Source: Phoronis australis (lineage: Eukaryota > Animalia > Phoronida). Taken from it: DNA of 64,000 bases. The stretch's first letter is position 1, and the number at the start of each line of letters is the position of its first letter. The notes under the pieces were generated by a model. It saw only the letters and a program-made list of their open reading frames with translations. It did no database searches and was not told the DNA's origin. Positions 1 through 12,400 of the stretch are shown here, piece after piece. The stretch is taken from positions 439,265 to 503,264 of the forward strand of contig NMRA01000328.1 in NCBI GenBank assembly GCA_002633005.1. The letters run 5' to 3'. Made by a program: the position numbers and the translations under genes.

Positions 1-545
1 CAATTGCAAACCAATCACTTTCAAACTGGTCAGGTGTTTGTTGAGATTAATAAGCTTTTATAAAAAATTATTGNNNNNNNNNNNNNNNNNNNNNNNNNNN
101 NNNNNNNNNNNNNNNNNNNNNNNNNNNNNNNNNNNNNNNNNNNNNNNNNNNNNNNNNNNNNNNNNNNNNNNNNNNNNNNNNNNNNNNNNNNNNNNNNNNN
201 NNNNNNNNNNNNNNNNNNNNNNNNNNNNNNNNNNNNNNNNNNNNNNNNNNNNNNNNNNCATAACTTTGCTTTGCAGACTGTCACATAGCGCCACCTATTT
301 TAGAATGTGGGAACAGACATGACTCGTCCGTCATGCTGGGCCATCTATTGTTCTTTATTGTAGTTGATTGTCTGCTCTCTATTTGATTTCTTCGCTAGTC
401 ACATGAATGTTATCGTGTTATCGTCTAATTCATAATTGCCGCCGTGATCGTCTTGATTGTCGTCGTCTCCCTCATCGTCGTCTTTTCGATTAGTTCCGCC
501 AAGTGTCGCTCCTCCGAGCGCTCTCGTTTTTTGTTGCTTGGAAAA
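1..545 (-). mobile_element. Fragment of an interspersed repeat, same family as 37350-38640 (Helentron-associated/HINE-like), interrupted by N gap 74-258
   Basis: 1-73 is the reverse complement of ~38170-38245, and ~330-420 is the reverse complement of ~37360-37445 (ataacattcatgtgactagcgaagaaatcaaatag...). Confidence 0.65.
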
Positions 546-688
546 CACATAATTTAAATGAGACTAATTTATAATGGTATAACCTTAACGCAAAGGTTCA
601 GGCCTACTGTCAATTGCCAATATTTCCCATGTTCTGCTGCACAATACAATAAGTTTGTTGTAAATTAACCTCTTGCTTGTACTTCCAG

Positions 689-1084
689 CTGTCAACCGAT
701 ATGAAATATGTGATACAGTAGACAAGTACATTCCACTGTCAAGTCGGTTACAGTTGACTAGTCCTCTTTACCCTGAGTACTATAGCCGATGGAACAACTA
801 CCTGCCGTTTAAATGTGGCTGCATGCTTAAGTTGCCTGATCTAAGCGTGTACCGCAACATCATAATTAAAGTGTTTCACTTTCAAATGTCAAAGGCTTTT
901 GACTGCGCTGTAGCCAACCACGTGACTATCGACAGTGAGAAAGATGGTATTCCAAATCGTGATGTGTTCTGCGGCAGCCTGCCTCCAGAGACCACATTCA
1001 ATATCAGCAGCAACATCATTAACACCACTTTGATAGTTTACAACACTTCAGAAGAACAAGAGGGATTCTGGGTCACCGTGAAAG
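689..1084 (+). CDS. Gene A exon: divergent CUB domain
   Basis: ttccag|CT...AAAG|gtatat; EICD...LTSPLYP...KCGC...FCGS...EGFWVTV fits the CUB pattern. Confidence 0.88.
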
Positions 1085-4000
1085 GTATATAAATTAATCC
1101 ATTTTGCAGAATAATCTCTGAATAAGCTGCGAAAGAGTCTGACCATTGAAACATACTGCTAGCATTGCCCTCTTGCGCTTATTCACAAAATTGTAAAAGC
1201 TTATTTCAGAACGTTGTTTTGCAAATAGTCTCCATGAATAAATTGGTAGACTGATTAGCTTAAAGCCTAACTCCTACGATATTTTTTATTTTAGATGTAT
1301 TGGGCTAACCAGTTACTGCTAGCAAAGCCTTAGTAAAATATGAAAACTTGAGTTCAATCACGCAAATATAAGCCCGACAAATGATAGGTGAAGCTGCCTT
1401 TTCGTGTCATGTTGCATCACCGCGATATCCCAGCAAAAACAACAAAAGGCAGATAGCACTTGTATTGAATAGGGGTCTGAAAAGAATACCATTGCGTTTT
1501 GGAGTTATTTGCAGCTTTTTGAATTAAAAGGTGATTCTCGTGGTAACAAGAGCAAACCAATATGCCTAACAGTTCGTTGCATTTGGCAATTTATGGCACT
1601 AGTGTTCTCAGAGCGATGCTCTAAACATACTGTAGGAACCAAATTTAAAGGTGTTACCATTCAAGAAAGGCTTTAAAATAGGCAGGTGTTTTGATCTAGT
1701 TGTTGATGAAGTGTAACTGGTTACATGGACAGGCGATTTGTGCTGCCACCTGATACTAATTAGTTTTAGACACATGAAAAGAATCCTTTGTAAGAAATAT
1801 GATGTGGTTGCATGCTGAAATAATTTGCAGTGGAGACCACATTAAATCAAAAAAGTGGAAAGGATTGATTCTTGAAAAAACGGAATCGAAGGTAAATATT
1901 GAGAAAGAACTTCACACGTACCATTTCGAGCATGGCAGTTACCAGACACAATGCCTAAAATTGTAAAATTTAGGCAAAATTTTGTTCCACAAGTTTTGTA
2001 CCAGTAGCTCCATGTCTTCATATATTTACTACCCACAAGTCCTCTAAACTGAGGTTCAACAATATCACAATATGATCCGAATTTAACATTGACATTATAA
2101 CTTTATTTCTAGTTAATGGACAACTAAGTTCAGAAAACATGAAGCTGGTGTGTGGAGTGATGTCCACTGGCACTGAAGTGGGAACTATCTTGCCAACTGG
2201 AGACATTCCGCATCCAACCAATGATTCCCCGCCCCCAACTAACGGTTCCCCGCCTCCAACTAATGACTCCCCGCCTCCAGCTAATGGCCCCCCGCCTCCA
2301 ACTAGAGGCCCGCCACCTCTAACTGGAAAAACTCCATCACCAACTGCAGAGGCCTCGACATCAGCAGCTAGCCAACCAGTGTCCTCACAATTAGGAACAG
2401 GTAAAAGCTAAATCATCCCCAATATAGCACAATCACTGTGTTGCTTTTACTGACGGATGAGCGACTCCTAAAACCTAAGCCTAGCTGACATGAGGGTAGA
2501 ACAACAGACGAGTCTTGCCCCTCAAACAATACTTAACAAAATGGAGCACATGCTAAGTTTCATAGGGTAGTTTTATAAACCTAGTATTCAGAAATTCTGT
2601 TTTTCTATTTTGTTGAAAACATGATTTAGTCTTCTGGTCAATCAGCAAAGGTAGCTCCTGGTATCAATAGGCTAGCTACAACAGCGGCTACAGCTACGAT
2701 AGTTACTACAGCTCAATTTTACCATTTCGTTCAACTACAAAGCCAGTGCAGGATTATCAATTAATGTAAATAAGTTACAACTTGAGGCTCCTGCAAAAAT
2801 GGGAGCCCATCTCCTTGACCACAGTGGTGACAGGGGGCAAGACAATACATTAAGCTAACAAAGCTGCAGTACAGGGTCTCGTCAACATACGAGGTAGAGA
2901 CCTAGTCTCTTCAACATGTAGTCCCCTAAAAAAATTGTGGCAACCAGTGGAATTGAAAATTGAGGCCCTTTCTCATCGCCACAGGGTCCTCTCGAAAGCT
3001 GTGATGACCATTGGAGAAATGTTGGAACTGTATTGACAAGGGCCCCAGACATTTTATAGCTTGGAGCCCCAAGAAACTAGAATGCAGCACTGACAGAAGC
3101 ATTAGAGTAATAACATTTCTATTATCGGCTATGTTCGCTCAAAAAATAAATGTTTACTTACTTGCATGGTGGACATCAGCTTTCATCTTGGTACATTACT
3201 TTTAGGTACAAAATGTTGTGATTTGTAACTTTTTCGCATCCCATTCTTTCTTTGCAAAGACGACAGTGTTGAAAATTGTGTAATTTTGGGAAGTAGCCTC
3301 TGTGTCCTACAGGATGGGCTCATTTGTTTTCCCCTGATTCAATCAGGGAAGTATTACTTAGATGTCGTGTGTTATTTGTAAACTCATTTAGATGTCTATG
3401 CTGGCCAAGAACCAACTGCCATAGTTATCATCCATATTTTCTTTTTCAGCTGTCATCATTGGTGTGTCAGTAGGTGGCGCTGTAGTGCTAATCATAGTCA
3501 TAGCAGTCATTGTCTTCTGCTGCCTCAAGTGGTGAGTCAATCCGCACTCAACAGAACATTTTGTGAAAATACACAAAAACGTATAGTGTTGGAATTGCAC
3601 TTATGCAAATCATGAGATGACATCTTACTGCAGACATGCAAAATGGCAGGTTGGAGGTTATTTCCCAAATTGTGGCCCGTAACAAACATTGCCAGAGGAG
3701 AAGAAACTATACCTGACAATCTATAATTAAAAACACTGATAGTCCCTAAGTTTCAAACCACACTCATTCCACTGGTGGTTTCTAGACACCAAAGTTTTAA
3801 AGAAATTCGTATTTTAGCTTAAGCTACTATCGATCACCAAAATCAAACAAGTTTTAGACAGGTGCAAAGTTCATTTTACAATCTTCTGTTCTACAGGACA
3901 CTAGAGACTGGATACAATTGCAAGAATAAAATTTACAATTCTTTCTCAGGAAACGACAAAACTCCATGTCTGGCCGCTCACTGCCACCACTGCCCCCAGG

Positions 4001-5085
4001 TGACAAGTTTGAGAACCTTTACCCTGGACCTGCCACAGCTCCACGTAAAGGAATAGATAACCTAGGCTACAGTAAGACAGATGGTGAAGATATGTATGAG
4101 ACTATACCATATGATGAATACGACCCATCCAAAGAGAATAAATACATAGAGCTATATGGCGGCAGTACACAGGAGGGTAATGTCTACCTGACACCAGATG
4201 GTACTTCAAGCCCTCGCGCCCAACAAAATGACTATGTGGGTCTGTCCAAGGGCATTCAGCCACCAAATAGCGCTGCCTCTTCTAGTGCGGCAGATAGGAC
4301 TCAGTACGAATCGCTGGCAAAGAACAGCGGTGGGGAAACATATGTCTATGCATCACAAGTCCCGTAAGTTAATACGGAAAACCTTGTTTTACTAAGTATA
4401 CTGTAGTAAATGAATATGTACTAACTTCGCACCAACACCTTCCTAAACAAATTAACAACAATGTTCCCTAAGAGGTAGACCCTCATAAGAACCAATTTCA
4501 CACTCAAAATATCAATATTTACAGTTGCCCAATAGGTGTCATACTGGACTGGTGAGAAAAAGAACACAAATTTCAGAATTGAAAGCATGTTCTAGCTTGC
4601 TTTCAATTCCAGAAAAAGCCTTTTCCCCCAACAATGTTGTCCAAAGCAGTTTAAAATATGATTTCCCATTACATTTTTTTGCTGAATAACTTCAACCCTT
4701 AAAAGAATATATTATCTGAATCTCCAATGACTGGAAATCTTAATTCATACACTAGAACATCACACAATTGTTTAGAATCATGTGACAGCAATTTTTTCTT
4801 GGGCACGTAAATAACACGCTTAAACTTTATGGACAGCAATGAAAGCAAAGATAAAATTTTACACATGTAGATACTGCATTTTTCAAAAAAATCTTGAAGA
4901 GAAGAATTACATTACAAGAATACCACACACATTGTTACCACACACATTGTTAAGTGGTTGCCAGCTGAAAGTCACAGAAAAGGCAATGAAACATTGCTCT
5001 TTGATCAGATATCAATGAACATTTATTTGCAAATGTCTCTTATTTCAGTGAAACTTCAGACCCAGAGAAGACGACATCCCTGTAA
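689..5085 (+). CDS. Gene A (5'-partial): CUB domain, Pro-rich stalk, TM, Tyr-motif-rich tail; exons 689-1084, 2113-2400, 3450-3531, 3950-4363, 5049-5085
   Basis: All introns GT-AG with polypyrimidine tracts; phases 1,1,1,2,2 join into one open frame. Signal-peptide and any lectin exons would lie upstream of the window. Confidence 0.85.
2113..2400 (+). CDS. Gene A exon: post-CUB Cys strand (MKLVC) plus Pro/Thr/Ser stalk with 21-bp coding repeats (TNDSPPP-like)
   Basis: tttctag|TT...ACAG|gtaaaa; phase 1-1; overlaps ORF 2139-2411. Confidence 0.85.
3450..3531 (+). CDS. Gene A exon: transmembrane helix AVIIGVSVGGAVVLIIVIAVIVFCCLK
   Basis: tttttcag|CT...AAGTG|gtgagt; hydrophobic run; phase 1-2; absent from the ORF track on this strand. 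Confidence 0.9.
3950..4367 (+). CDS. Gene A exon: cytoplasmic tail (ends 4363 if spliced, or at TAA 4365-4367 if unspliced)
   Basis: tttctcag|G AAA CGA; motifs RSLPPLP, YETI, YIEL, YLTP, YVGL, TQYESL. Confidence 0.88.
5049..5085 (+). CDS. Gene A putative terminal micro-exon (P)ETSDPEKTTSL*, a class I PDZ-binding C-terminus
   Basis: Donor CC|gtaagt at 4364 and acceptor tctcttatttcag| at 5048 are phase-compatible; the frame ends in T-S-L-stop. Confidence 0.7.
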
Positions 5086-5444
5086 GGTAACATGCTGGGC
5101 CAGCACTTAATAAGAACAGAAGCCAACTTAGTTACACAGGCCAGTCACCTATGAGTACATCACAAGTGAGACTTGAGCACACCAAAAATCCATGGACCAA
5201 GTATATACAGAGGCAGAATTTATTGTTGATAACGTTCATTCTGTGTTTCAAACTGTGCATCCAGTTTTTGTAATGGATTTTATGACTGGGTATCTATTCT
5301 GTTGTGATAGGACACATTGCACATATCATATGGTATGCAATTGTGAGTCTATGGCGTCAATGTTTTAAGACTGAGAATTCCACGACTACAAAAGATCTGA
5401 GTCATTAAAGTTTATTTTCATGACTTTTTAGTCAAGTTTTATTG

Positions 5445-5592
5445 TTATTTTCAGAAAGTGAATTTTAAGCAATCTTATTGTTAAGAAAGAATGCAATGCA
5501 CATCTTCTAAAATTAACCTTATTTTCAGAAAGTGAATTTTAAGCAATCTTATTGTTAAGAAAGAATGCAATGCACATCTTCTAAAATTAACC
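5445..5592. repeat. 74-bp tandem duplication (2 copies) in the presumed gene A 3' UTR
   Basis: ttattttcagaaagtg...aaaattaacc occurs twice, 74 bp apart. Confidence 0.9.
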
Positions 5593-6259
5593 GTTTTGAA
5601 TACTAACAGCCTAAAGGCTTTATAAAGAAGATAAATAACAAGACATGCTGATATCACTCGACTAATTTGTTAAACAATCATTTATATTTTCCCACTGGTA
5701 TTTGTCAATTCATGACTAATTGTTACTAATTTGCATTTTGCATCTATTTGTTTAGAATCTTAGGTTTTACGTTATAAAGAGACAAGCATGCCAAGTATTT
5801 GAAGACAATTTAATTAGAATACAGTTGTATTCGGAAAATTAAGCTATGCTGCATTTTATGTAATATACAAATAAAGTGTCTGAAACAAACAGGGAGATTG
5901 AAAGATTTTATATATGAGAAATCTGATGATGTCCTGTCCCCATGAGTCATAATCAGGTGAATAGTGCAATGGGCCTGGCCTTGTGGACTAAACACGCCTG
6001 ATGTACTGCAAAAGGCATCAGGCCACTGGCACTCTTTTTTATAACTCGAGTCTGTTCGAAAATCAACGTTACCGTAGTTTTCCGTCAGAGACACGTCATG
6101 CCAGTTTTCATAATGAACCTTTTAATAGTTGGGACGGGAGTAAAGAGAGGCAGACATCAGAATCGGACTTAAAAGAAAATAATGGCCACCAGATGGTGTA
6201 GTATGAGATAAAGGTGTTCAAAAATGGAAAGGCGAGGTCATCTCCTTAATAAAAACCTA

Positions 6260-7675
6260 CCGTACTCATCCAGGTTACAGCCCATGCTCGACTTACCGCC
6301 CATCCCCAATTTTTTATGACCGAGACCTCCTTAAAAGTGGGTGTGCTTTTGTGAACGTTCGTCTCGCAAAACTAAGATTCCAAAACGTGTGCAACTCGCT
6401 TACCTTTCAATGACAATCAGTTTTAGCGGTACCGGGAACTTGCCTTACTATGGCGGTAAAATACCCGTATTCCTATGCTCTTTACCGAAGAAGACACAAT
6501 TGTTTCCTTTGGCTCACGTGCGGAACTGGTGTCAGCATGTACTGATCACCGTAACAGCACTTGTCGAATGTATTTCATTGCCGTGGAAGAACCATCAAAG
6601 CGATACTTGACAAGAATTTCAAGTCCGTGCCTTACCTTTCTGGATTCCCCGTGACAGTACACGAAATATCACTACCCAGAGCAATGAAATAAAAAAAAAA
6701 CATGAGCAAACTCGGCTGGTACATGACCAACGATTTTGGAAACACCACCGACATTATTTTGGACGCATTGTTTTGAATACAAGCAGATACGGGCCATTGT
6801 TCCGTGTCTTCGTTAAACGTATGTTTTTAACGACTTATTCCTGACACCAAAATGGAAGTGCCCAACCAAAAGCAACAGCTCTAGAAATCAACTAGTAATT
6901 AAGGGCAAGTCGAACGTTCTATCCACGTCTACGAGGTCAAAAACTTATTTTTGAACTCTTGATTTGCCTCTTGACTTTTTACATGATGTGTTTTTGCTTC
7001 ATTATTTTCGTAGCCGGCTGACCATCCATAATGTCTAATAGTAGTATGGTTGGAATGTAGAGCATGTGCTTTGAACAAATTCTGGGAGGTGCGTGTTGGC
7101 TGTTCAACACGGAAAGAAATTTAAAATGTATATAAAATCTTACATTGTTCAAACTAGGTTCAAAGTATAGTGAAAGACCGGCTGTCAATCATTAGCACGT
7201 TTGGTTGCCAAAGTAACTAGGGGATGCATTTCTTTTCAAAATCACCTGCTTCCCATAGCAATACATGGCAATCTAGCGTAGTCTTGCGTGATCTTGCTTT
7301 TCTCTCAAGAAACTTGCCCTACTGAAGGCACATCTATCTGTAAAACTACCTTAGATCCAAGACATGACTAGCAGCGACCAAGGTACGTAAAAACCCAATC
7401 ACGCTGGGAATCACGGCGCCACTGCATCGTGTGCGCTATTCCACTTCAGCCCCTCGAAGTCCATTACTTCAATACGCTGACATATATTTTAACTGACATG
7501 CTTGAAGTCAGATGTCCGTGTAGCTCCGTGAGGGTAAAATCGGTCCTTTGTGCAGTAAGCACCCACTCCTGTCTTTTCAAAAATTTCGATTTTAACCGCC
7601 CATGCTCGGCTTACCGCCCACCCTCTGTTTTTTTAGATTACCCATTTGAGTACTCTGGGTGGTAACCCAGTACGG
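6260..7675. mobile_element. Non-autonomous Tc2/pogo-like DNA transposon, family 1, copy 1
   Basis: TA|CCGTA...TACGG|TA termini, subterminal ttaccgccca repeats, colinear along its length with 60288-61724. Confidence 0.85.
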
Positions 7676-9328
7676 TATATGCAAAATTTCATGAAAATCC
7701 CTTAAGGAACCTTAAAGATGCAGAGGCAAACGTAAAGAACAAAAATTACCACTTAGAAGGGGCACAGCAATACTCAGTTCGGTCCAAAACTCATAATCTA
7801 GTCAACTCCGTAGGAATATATCTGCCAAATCTCATTACGATCCTCAAGGGATTTAGAAGATAAAGCAGCAGCGTCAACATGCTTAACGTTCAGATAGAAA
7901 TGACTGCAATAATGCACCAACACAATTGTACATGAGGCAGCATAAAAATCAAATGGCCAGGAAATGCGACTAAAAAGATTTGCCACACAATCTTATTCAC
8001 ATGATCTTGACGTCCCAAACCGTACAACTCGCATACTTAGCATGGAAAAATAATGCGTTTAAAGAAATGACAAGAATAACAATAGAAAAAGTGCTGAGAC
8101 ATAACTAACACTCAGGTGAATGTTGTATTTTTGAAAATAATCTACAAAGGTTGATGAAAACCCTTATGCAACACCTGTGTTGAGTATGCCTTAAAAGTGC
8201 TTTGGTTTACTCAGTAAGATCATATATGACTTTCCACCTTCTGGAGAACAGGTTTTAGAGACTGACAGTGGATTGTCATAAAGATGGACAGAAGTGACAC
8301 AATATGTGTCTAGATATATGTGCACATAAAAGTACAAAGATAAGGATCCATGGAATTAATTTATTGCACAGGCACTAACTAGATAGCAGACAACATCATG
8401 CTGGTCTTGGAAGCTTGCAACACTCTACACAACTTTATGATGAATTCCATCCACAAAGGAAAATACTTTTCGTCCCATGTACGTTTTCTTTGACTGAGAA
8501 CACCTCACACTTATGCACTTCTCAGCATTGTTCAGTGATCTGAAACACATGCTTTCTATTAACCCTGTTAAAAAGAACTAGCAAAACAAAAGAAAGTTGC
8601 AATCAAAACCAAAACAACAAAAATGGATTACAAATGAAAGAAGAAACAGATGCAGTGAAGAACTTCAGATAACATTTCACAGTGCAATTGTATCGATTTA
8701 TATCATATTTGCCCTGGGACAAAAATCTGTTAGCAAAAAAAATTCCAATCCACTGGCCTATGAAACAATGGCTATCTATACTGTGGGTGATGAATGAAAC
8801 TAAATTGAAGCTTCAATCCAGAAAGTCCAGTATTTGTTTATTTTCATCCATTATTTGCAACCCAACTGGATGGCTTATATCCACTCAGTATACCGGCAGC
8901 CAGCGCAGCGGGTGGTAAAGTCAACACATGTAACTTACTCAGTGTAGAGTATTTACTTGAATGCTTCCTACACTTAACAGTTAAAACAGACCAGCTCCAT
9001 ATATTAGAACAGTCAATCACTAATTACCAGCCACTGAGTATTATATAACATAGTATTTACATAGATGACAACTCCTAACCAGCTGACTGATAACCTCAGT
9101 TACCCCCACATCAAAACAATTAGAAACAACACAAGACATCTGGACCCACTTAGCCGGGGCTCAAAAAACCAAGAGATGGTGAAGTGTAGGCTTCCTATGG
9201 AAAAAAGCTTGAGTGATGATTGTGCACTGAACCTGCACTATGCAAAGGTCGCTGGGGTTGAGTGGCAGAATCAGTCAATATCTACTGTCTGTGAATGATT
9301 CTAGCTAACAGTTAGAGACTGCACCAGC

Positions 9329-9425
9329 ATGGAGTGGACACAGCAGGCACGGGTGGCTCTCAAAGATCTGCACTACTGGGCAGTCTTGGTGTTAATGGCT
9401 TTATTTGACAGATGCACCTCACAAG
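9329..9425 (+). CDS. Gene B exon 1: signal peptide MEWTQQARVALKDLHYWAVLVLMALFDRCTSQ
   Basis: ATG in gcATGg context, hydrophobic core, phase-1 donor CAAG|gtaagt matching the next exon. Confidence 0.75.
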
Positions 9426-12400
9426 GTAAGTGTTATGGGTACATCTGGGTAGTATATTAAAATAGTTTTTGAGAATAAATATAGAGAGATGGTCACGGAT
9501 TCAGATCAACACATTTTTGTGTTTGTTATTGAAAATTATTGACATTTGAAGAATACTGGAATAATTTAGAGGGTCATTCTTGCTGTACAGCCATTTAAAA
9601 ACCCTGCCAGTTTCACGACACCTAGTACTTGGACAAGAGACCTGTTTATCCAGATATCTGACTTAAGGTCCTAAATGCGTGCAGTAGAACAGCTATCACA
9701 CATAGCCATGAGTTTACAGCAATAAAACACTGGCAAAATAAATTAATATAAGTATGGATTATACTGGGGATTTTTCTGTTTGACTTCTGAAATTGAATTC
9801 CTTGTAAACAGTTGTGTTAGGATCATTTTTACCCAAAGAAAATACAATAAAAAATTGTGAAACAAATAGGTTAGGGTTCAGTTTATAGTATCCATTCAAC
9901 AGTTTTAGTACCTACCTAAGTCTTTGAACCATGGATGATTGACTTGCGAGTCATGGGTGCCACACAAAAGAACACTGGAATGCTTAACAATAAACCAGCT
10001 TGATATCTGGATGCAACTTTGATTCATAAACTGCTGTCGTTTGGACTTGAAACCAGTGAAAGTTTCTATAATGTTCTTGTACTATTTACAATCTATCAAT
10101 TCCCTACGGAACAGTATCTTGAAGTGTACCTAAATTTCAGAATATGCATCATGTGGGCAATTTATATTTCAACTAAACCAAGTATATAAGTTAATTATTC
10201 TTTATTTTTATTGTCAATTTGGTTTTCAGGAAAACCTTGATTTTAAATTTAAACTTTTATGTCCAAACAATAGCACCCGCTCACAGTCCCACTGCAACAT
10301 GGTTGTCATAAAAAGCAGTTGCTCAACTACAGTTAATGGCATATTACTGTACATTGTAATTCAGAGAAAAACACTGCAAAGAAACTGAAGCCATGTGTAA
10401 CCACTTACTACAGCATTACATTGAATGTCATGATTACAAAGACTACATACAAATAAGAAGCAATGAGAATGGAAATGTCAAGTCAAATATGACACAGGCA
10501 ATCTAACCTGGTTAATCTAGTCAATTGAGATATAATCAATATTCTTCCCAGAACTCATATGAGCAAACAGTGCGTGAGCTGTGCAGAGTCTAGTGTTTTC
10601 AAATGCTACGTACACATGAAAATACAGTAAAATTAGTATAAGTCAGACATGCATCATACCACTACTCCACCTGGTGGACCAAAACTTAAAAGCATAGCAC
10701 TTGAAGCTGCATTTTGCCCATTTACCTGTCAATGTTGAATTCTTAACTGAAGCACTTTGGGGTTTAAAAACATGACAACGCTCATCATATCTGAAATAAC
10801 TGCGGAAGAAGTCGTCCATTCAAGTCACAAGAAATGTGAACTATATGCCATTTTTGAATTCGCAATTTTACTTTTCAACCCCAATAAACTATGTCGCCGA
10901 AGGTTTTGAAGTAGAATCCTGTCAAGGTAAAGAATATCATGATACCAATTCCATGAAAGGGTGAAATGCATTGATTTCCAGGGTTCATTCTAATGACTTG
11001 GCCTTTATAAAACCAATAAGACCTATATAACCTGGATGTTTTAATTGAAATGGTAAAATTTCTGATTTTGAAATTAGAGGTCTTGTTTGACAATTTTTTC
11101 AACCCCTGCAGAAAAATAATACAAAACCTTACCTCACTCACACGACGTAAGACTTTGATGTTTTCAAGCGTAATAGGACAGTTGTTGTGAAGCCTTGCTA
11201 CATTCATCTTAGCAGAAACCCCTGACTACCCTGACCATATATGTTGAGCACAGCCTTACAATAGTTTATAGATCTCTAATGGATGATGGATAAATCATAT
11301 GGACGAATCCTTCTTTGAAATTTATCAGCAGTGTGTGTGGCATGAAGTCAGATTTTCGCTCAACTCAGAGAAGTTTCGTAGAATGGTTGTTTCAGTTTGT
11401 GCACTCGCCCCATCAAATATCACTGTACTTGAATAGAATCTCTCGCTTCGATTGGATCTATCTTGATTGATTGGCTCAGCAATAACTACAAGCCTGAGAA
11501 AAAATTCTAAAATATGAAACAGGGAGATGGCTTGCCCTTGCTTAAGGCAAGCAGCCTGGGCGACGTTGCAACTTGATTAGTATTGAGTTTGCTGCCATAT
11601 GACATTTGCAGCATAATTTCAGAATCGCTTTGCAGTATCAAGAATCAAATTAGCAACTGCAGAGTGTGCCCGACAGCACGCTGACATTTATTATCCTAAT
11701 CGTCTGAGAGAACAATTTCTTTTACAAGCTTTATCTGTTACAAGACAGTGCAACTCACACATTAAGAGACAGTGGTGCGGTGCGCACATAAAAATATCAG
11801 TCATATTATTATAGTCTCATGATAACAAGCAACTTACAGGAATTTGCTGCAAAAAATTCTCAGTATTTTATTTGTTAAACTTTTCACACAGGACTGCATT
11901 ATTCACATACAGAACCAATATCAATAAACGATGAAAAATATAGTTTCTGTTGATACAAAAACTTGCCTTGGCATTGTCTTAGTTGATTTATAGATTAAGT
12001 GATGATATCTTGTAGAAAATATTTTATCCAAACAATGAGGTCACACTATGTGAGTGTTGTGAATGTGAATAGTTTCAAATTCAAAGACAGGAAATACTAC
12101 TTAAAAATCTAACAAGTGTCATGATCTCAAGTTGAAACAACAAAAACCAGGAACTACCAACTATTTCAAAAGCTGTCGATATAGGTTTCACACATAAGGG
12201 CAGCAGTTAATTCATTTTTGCAAAAACAGAATTCTGGCTACGTGCTTTTTCATTATGTAATGATCACACCTCAAAGCTTTGTGCAACTGCTTTCACCTTC
12301 AAAAATATAAACTGTATAATAAGCATTAACAAACTACCTGTTCTTCATAATTTTGAGCCGATTATCAATTCTAAAATATGAGTAAGAACAAAATTTAAAG

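Noticed and set aside
30-322. ORFs spanning the first N gap
   Set aside because: They are open only because N codons are not stops.
10700-11450. Possible decayed hAT-type transposase on the minus strand (SG*SGVSA-like stretch)
   Set aside because: Too degraded to support by eye; needs a translated search against a transposon library.
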